DNA of 64,000 nt from Hypanus sabinus (Eukaryota), in assembly GCF_030144855.1 (NCBI RefSeq), contig NC_082719.1:81716001-81780000 (forward strand), read 5' to 3'. Positions 61,301-64,000 of this stretch are shown one piece after another. Positions within the stretch are counted from its first letter, which is position 1. Each line of letters begins with the position of its first letter. A program made the translations under genes and the position numbers. Below the pieces are notes generated by a model. The model saw only the letters and a program-made list of their open reading frames with translations. It was not told where the DNA came from and did no database searches.

Positions 61301-63956
61301 TCAGAATCCACTCTTTTGTACCATTTTTCTCAAAGGGTGTAAGCAGAATCTTTGAATATGTTAAGGTAAACGTATTTGACAAGCATGGAGAATAGGATAC
61401 GGCACGTGGAAAAGAATGGAGAGTTGAGGTCAGCCATGATCTTATTAAATAGCACAGCATATTTGATGAGACATGGCTAATCCCTTCTTCTAATTTGCAC
61501 ATACCAAACATTACTCAGGGGCATGAATGTTAGCGAAAAAAAAACACTAGGAGTTCAGGGATCTTTAGTCAATGAGTGTAGAAATTGTAGAATTTATTCT
61601 CCTCTTAACAGCAGTTCACCATTCTAGATACCATCAAGGTGAATCTTGTTGCTACCAACATTCTTCCTGTAGTCTGGTGGCCAATTCTCCCAAGTGTGGT
61701 CTAACCACACTTGTAAACTGTAATACTTTATTCTGCATCCTTATCATTTTACTTTCAAGTCTCTGCGTAAAGATAACCAAGTTGTTTTGGTCCAGCTATG
61801 TTAACACTACTGTCAAAAAAGCACACCGATGCCTCCACTTCCTCAGAAAACTAAAGAAATTCTGCACATCCTGAATTGAATCTTACGATTTTTTTAATAC
61901 ATAAATGCACAATAGAAAGCATCCCATCAGGATGTGTGACACCTTCACTTGGCAACTGCTCTGCCAAAGATCAAAGTAAGTTCTTTATTTTTACTTAGAA
62001 ATAAAGAGCAGGACTGGCCCTTTTGGCCCAACAAGCCGTGCCAACCAGCAACCCACTGACTTAACCCTAGCCTAATCAAAGAACAATTTACAATCTCCAA
62101 TTAACCTACTAACTGGTACATCTCAGAGTGGGAGAGGAAACCGGAGCCCCTGGTGGAAACACACACACACGGGAAGGAACAAGCAAACTTGCTTACAGAG
62201 GATGCCAGAATTGAACTCTAATGCTCCGAGCTGTTATAGTGTTGCACTAGCCGCTCTGCTACTCTGATATTATACCCTTAGCCAGCTGCAACAGGCCATG
62301 TTGTTCACATGTTAATCCCAAATATCTAAAGCTTACACTGTTCTGATCAGAACTCCAACAAAGCAGCAGTTAGCAAGATGGACAAAGGAATTACATTAAG
62401 TACTGCCATTCCAATACTTGCAGATCAGACACTGGCTTCATCAGCCACTTCAAGATTCAGGATTGAAGATCGTTTAATGTCATTTCCAGTGCACAAGTGT
62501 AAAGGAGAATGAAATGATTGTTACTCTGGATGCCCACAAATGACAAAGAAAGCAACAATAATTTTAAAACATGATAAATATAAATACATAGGATAGCTTA
62601 TTTACATAGGTTATACACAAATTGCAGCTAGTTGCCAATGTACACCTCACAAATAAACCTCCCCACCACTGACACTTTACACTGTCTCAGGAAAGCAAAT
62701 AACACAATTAACCCCAGTCATTCTCTGTTCTGCGCTCTCCTGTCAGGCAGAAGATGCAAAAGATTGAAAGCACATATCACTGTATTCAAAGACAGCTTCC
62801 ATACTACTGTTTCCGACTTTTGAGCGAACCACTCATATACTACAGATGACTGATCTCGATCTCCCAATCTACCTCATCATGGTCCTTGCATTTCATTTCT
62901 TTATTCACTTTTACTGTAGCTGTTGCGTTATATATTTTTCTCTCATCCCATTGGGCAGAAGATACAAAAGCTGGAAAGAGCATACTAACAGGTTTAAGGA
63001 CAGTTTCTATCAAGCTGTAATAAAACTATTGAATGTTTCCCTAGTAGGGTAAAATGGACTCTTAACCCCACAATCTACTTTGGTTTGATCTTGCACCTTA
63101 GTCTACTAAATGCCCTGTACTATTACACTTTGTTCTGCTCTCTATTGTTAGTCTTCCTCAAACATACCTTTGTAATTAATAGATCTCTATGAACGGTATG
63201 CAAGACATTTTTCGCTGCATGTGAAAATAATAAACTAATTTAACAATTATATTTACCAATATACTGCATTACTTTCTTTTTCCTACTGACGTACTTATAA
63301 ATAGAATGGCCTACATCTTACTGCATCTTGGTATACGTGACAATAAACCAGTAATAGGTATAACGAGAAAGGGACCTGGTGAGATGGGGGTGTGATGTAC
63401 CATCAATAAGAGATATCGGCGTTTACAAGCAGCAATTGCCTGTAAACATGCTACATCCTGGAGACTGAGAGGCAGGGCTCAGGCCTCAATCGCCTATATA
63501 CCGGGGTATGTGGGAGGAGCTACAGGAGTAGTCAGCGGGGGGCATGTCCAGACAGGTATATGTAGTTCACCACAGGGTGTGGAGTGGCAGTTATGAAGGT
63601 GTTGTGTTGTATGCCTTTAGTTATGGAGAGGAACACACAGATTGATGTAATTGACAAACGGGAGGAAACTAGAGCGGTCTACATGATGCAAGGAGTTGTC
63701 CCTCTCCACCCCCAGCCTCCACCCACACGTTAAATTGCCCCTTCCTCTGCAGGCCTGACCCCGATCCCCTACTCCTAGTTGCGGAGCACTGCAATTTCTA
63801 AAGTTTACAAACTCTCACCTGCTGGTCGCCAGTCTCCACCACGAACGGCTGTACATGTTCATATTTTCCGCAGGATCCAAGCTCTTGCCTCTGCGCAGCG
63901 ATGGGGCCCGGGCTGTAGAAACTGGGGAAAAGGGAATAGGGGAAAGCGCTGGCCAT
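42038..63956 (-). CDS. TAF1C: TATA box-binding protein-associated factor RNA polymerase I subunit C (SL1/TIF-IB subunit); 14 coding exons, 2967 nt, 988 aa
   Basis: Exons joined by hand with GT..AG ends and consistent phases: 63819-63956, 59130-59226, 58148-58257, 56729-56824, 54911-54981, 54073-54320, 52066-52194, 51262-51379, 48444-48515, 46978-47113, 45921-46049, 44960-45137, 43702-43839, 42038-43344. Recognisable TAF1C motifs: FPYSLFPSF..GP, TGGAL, VRSDYHCGAW, SPHVPGEL, WRWCDFTAHPRV, CQKGERV, DERF..PVLKWDH, FQLSAAGDLFYQ, C-terminal KRKRARMGF*. Confidence 0.95.
43702..43839 (-). CDS. TAF1C: TAF1C coding exon 13 (GTQMPCQSFGPPQKL...ERLHSAGA)
   Basis: ttgttag| acceptor, |gtgaga donor, 138 nt. 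Confidence 0.92.
44960..45137 (-). CDS. TAF1C: TAF1C coding exon 12 (YSVYIVDERF...LLLQYS)
   Basis: aatatag| acceptor, |gtgatt donor, 178 nt. Confidence 0.93.
45921..46049 (-). CDS. TAF1C: TAF1C coding exon 11 (AGESYNQTLFKIG...CQKGERV...HLITTQ)
   Basis: catgtag| acceptor, |gtttgt donor, 129 nt. Confidence 0.92.
46978..47113 (-). CDS. TAF1C: TAF1C coding exon 10 (LQKIRKE...WRWCDFTAHPRV...DVR)
   Basis: ccttag| acceptor, |gtaaga donor, 136 nt. Confidence 0.93.
48444..48515 (-). CDS. TAF1C: TAF1C coding exon 9 (PHVPGELVIASECGAAYLW)
   Basis: tctcag| acceptor, |gtaaat donor, 72 nt. Confidence 0.93.
50120..50420 (-). mobile_element. Penelope-derived repeat (pseudo-LTR) in TAF1C intron 8
   Basis: aacacacaaaatgctggaggaactcag tail and decayed hammerhead motif on - strand. 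Confidence 0.7.
51262..51379 (-). CDS. TAF1C: TAF1C coding exon 8 (FVGVRSDYHCGAW...ATCINV)
   Basis: ggcag| acceptor (alternative in-frame AG 9 nt downstream), |gtaagg donor. Confidence 0.92.
52066..52194 (-). CDS. TAF1C: TAF1C coding exon 7 (FHKVAL...FELKGRIHQINASALEEE)
   Basis: catcag| acceptor after U12-like branch sequence, |gtaata donor, 129 nt. Confidence 0.88.
52195..54072 (-). other. U12-type (minor spliceosome) GT-AG intron, TAF1C intron 6
   Basis: 5' site GTATCCTTC matches the U12 consensus RTATCCTT. 3' end TTCCTTTAT-gcataagcatcag has a U12 branch-like sequence ~14 nt from the AG and no polypyrimidine tract. Confidence 0.85.
54073..54320 (-). CDS. TAF1C: TAF1C coding exon 6 (CPLSS...TGGAL...GCLIYPGSNSMNLL)
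   Basis: tatatag| acceptor; donor |gtatccttc (U12 type); 248 nt. Confidence 0.92.
54911..54981 (-). CDS. TAF1C: TAF1C coding exon 5 (GNARKTAV...VKKR)
   Basis: ttttttcttcaag| acceptor, |gtaaga donor; 71 nt supplies the phase 0->2 shift needed for exon 6. Confidence 0.82.
55195..55724 (+). mobile_element. Tigger/pogo-type DNA transposon remnant spanning the gap
   Basis: IGKVLGYNRSTIRTILKD HTH remnant; right TIR ...gataaggagggccgactg followed by TA. Confidence 0.7.
55475..55638. other. Assembly gap (164 N) in TAF1C intron 4
   Basis: Run of n. Confidence 1.
56729..56824 (-). CDS. TAF1C: TAF1C coding exon 4 (MANFFLDH...HFYFGESVLR)
   Basis: ttgaag| acceptor, |gtaagg donor, 96 nt. Confidence 0.88.
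57220..57865 (+). mobile_element. CR1 LINE 3' fragment
   Basis: MLAFISRGMEYKSKDVML..., LKGLDRVDVER...ESRTRGHSLR...NFFSQRLVNLW. Confidence 0.85.
58148..58257 (-). CDS. TAF1C: TAF1C coding exon 3 (CKFRPV...PLNFTEQ)
   Basis: tttttaag| acceptor, |gtacgt donor, 110 nt. Confidence 0.85.
59130..59226 (-). CDS. TAF1C: TAF1C coding exon 2 (VSELKW...WEPLEPVPIPLLPAKT)
   Basis: ttgcag| acceptor, |gtaatg donor, 97 nt; phase fits neighbours. Confidence 0.85.
59630..61170 (-). mobile_element. Rex1/Babar-type LINE RT remnant
   Basis: SFRRVN...GPNGLPGWVLK.C..QL..DIFNHSL...CFKRAVII.V.KK, ALISTVMKYVERL, IVDFRK motifs on - strand. Confidence 0.85.
62000..62262 (-). mobile_element. V-SINE (HE1-like) in TAF1C intron 1
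   Basis: Reverse-complement V-domain gaggaaaccggagc..., homologous to 36110-36390. Confidence 0.7.
63391..63574 (-). mobile_element. Short (184 bp) solo-LTR-like element
   Basis: TGTGATG...CACCACA termini, TATATA-like box on - strand, imperfect flank duplication gggg/gggt. Confidence 0.5.
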
Positions 63957-64000
63957 GTGAGCAACACAGGCCCGCCGACCGCCGCCGCGCCACAAGACCG
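63720..64000 (-). promoter_or_regulatory. CpG-rich 5' end of TAF1C (truncated by window edge)
   Basis: GC/CpG-rich sequence around the TAF1C ATG (cgccgaccgccgccgcgcc). Confidence 0.7.
63819..63956 (-). CDS. TAF1C: TAF1C coding exon 1 (MASAFPYSLFPSFYSPGP...GDQQ)
   Basis: ATG at 63956 in CpG-rich context; donor CAG|gtgaga; 138 nt, phase 0. Confidence 0.88.

Overview
Vertebrate nuclear genomic DNA, AT-rich and repeat-dense. The repeat inventory (CR1 and Rex/Babar LINEs, V-SINE/HE1-like SINEs, Penelope-like elements) suggests a cartilaginous fish, probably a ray; this is an inference. I reconstructed two complete spliced protein-coding genes by hand, both on the minus strand and in tandem. TAF1C has 14 coding exons (63956->42038, 988 aa) and its sixth intron is U12 (minor-spliceosome) type. 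HINT2 has 5 exons (39541->32045, 176 aa, intact HIT motif and a mitochondrial-type leader) and is almost invisible in the ORF track. A third CpG-island promoter near 11.6-12.8 kb has outward-facing splice donors on both strands and belongs to unidentified transcript(s). The rest is transposon debris: two Ty3/Gypsy remnants, several solo LTRs, hAT/Charlie, Tc1 and Tigger elements. The most striking non-genic signal is at least 11 decayed minimal hammerhead-ribozyme motifs in Penelope-derived repeats, plus a Penelope fragment with inverted, ribozyme-bearing pseudo-LTRs in HINT2 intron 4. There is no rRNA, tRNA gene or CRISPR array. One 164-N assembly gap. Repeat boundaries are approximate unless TSDs or TIRs are quoted.
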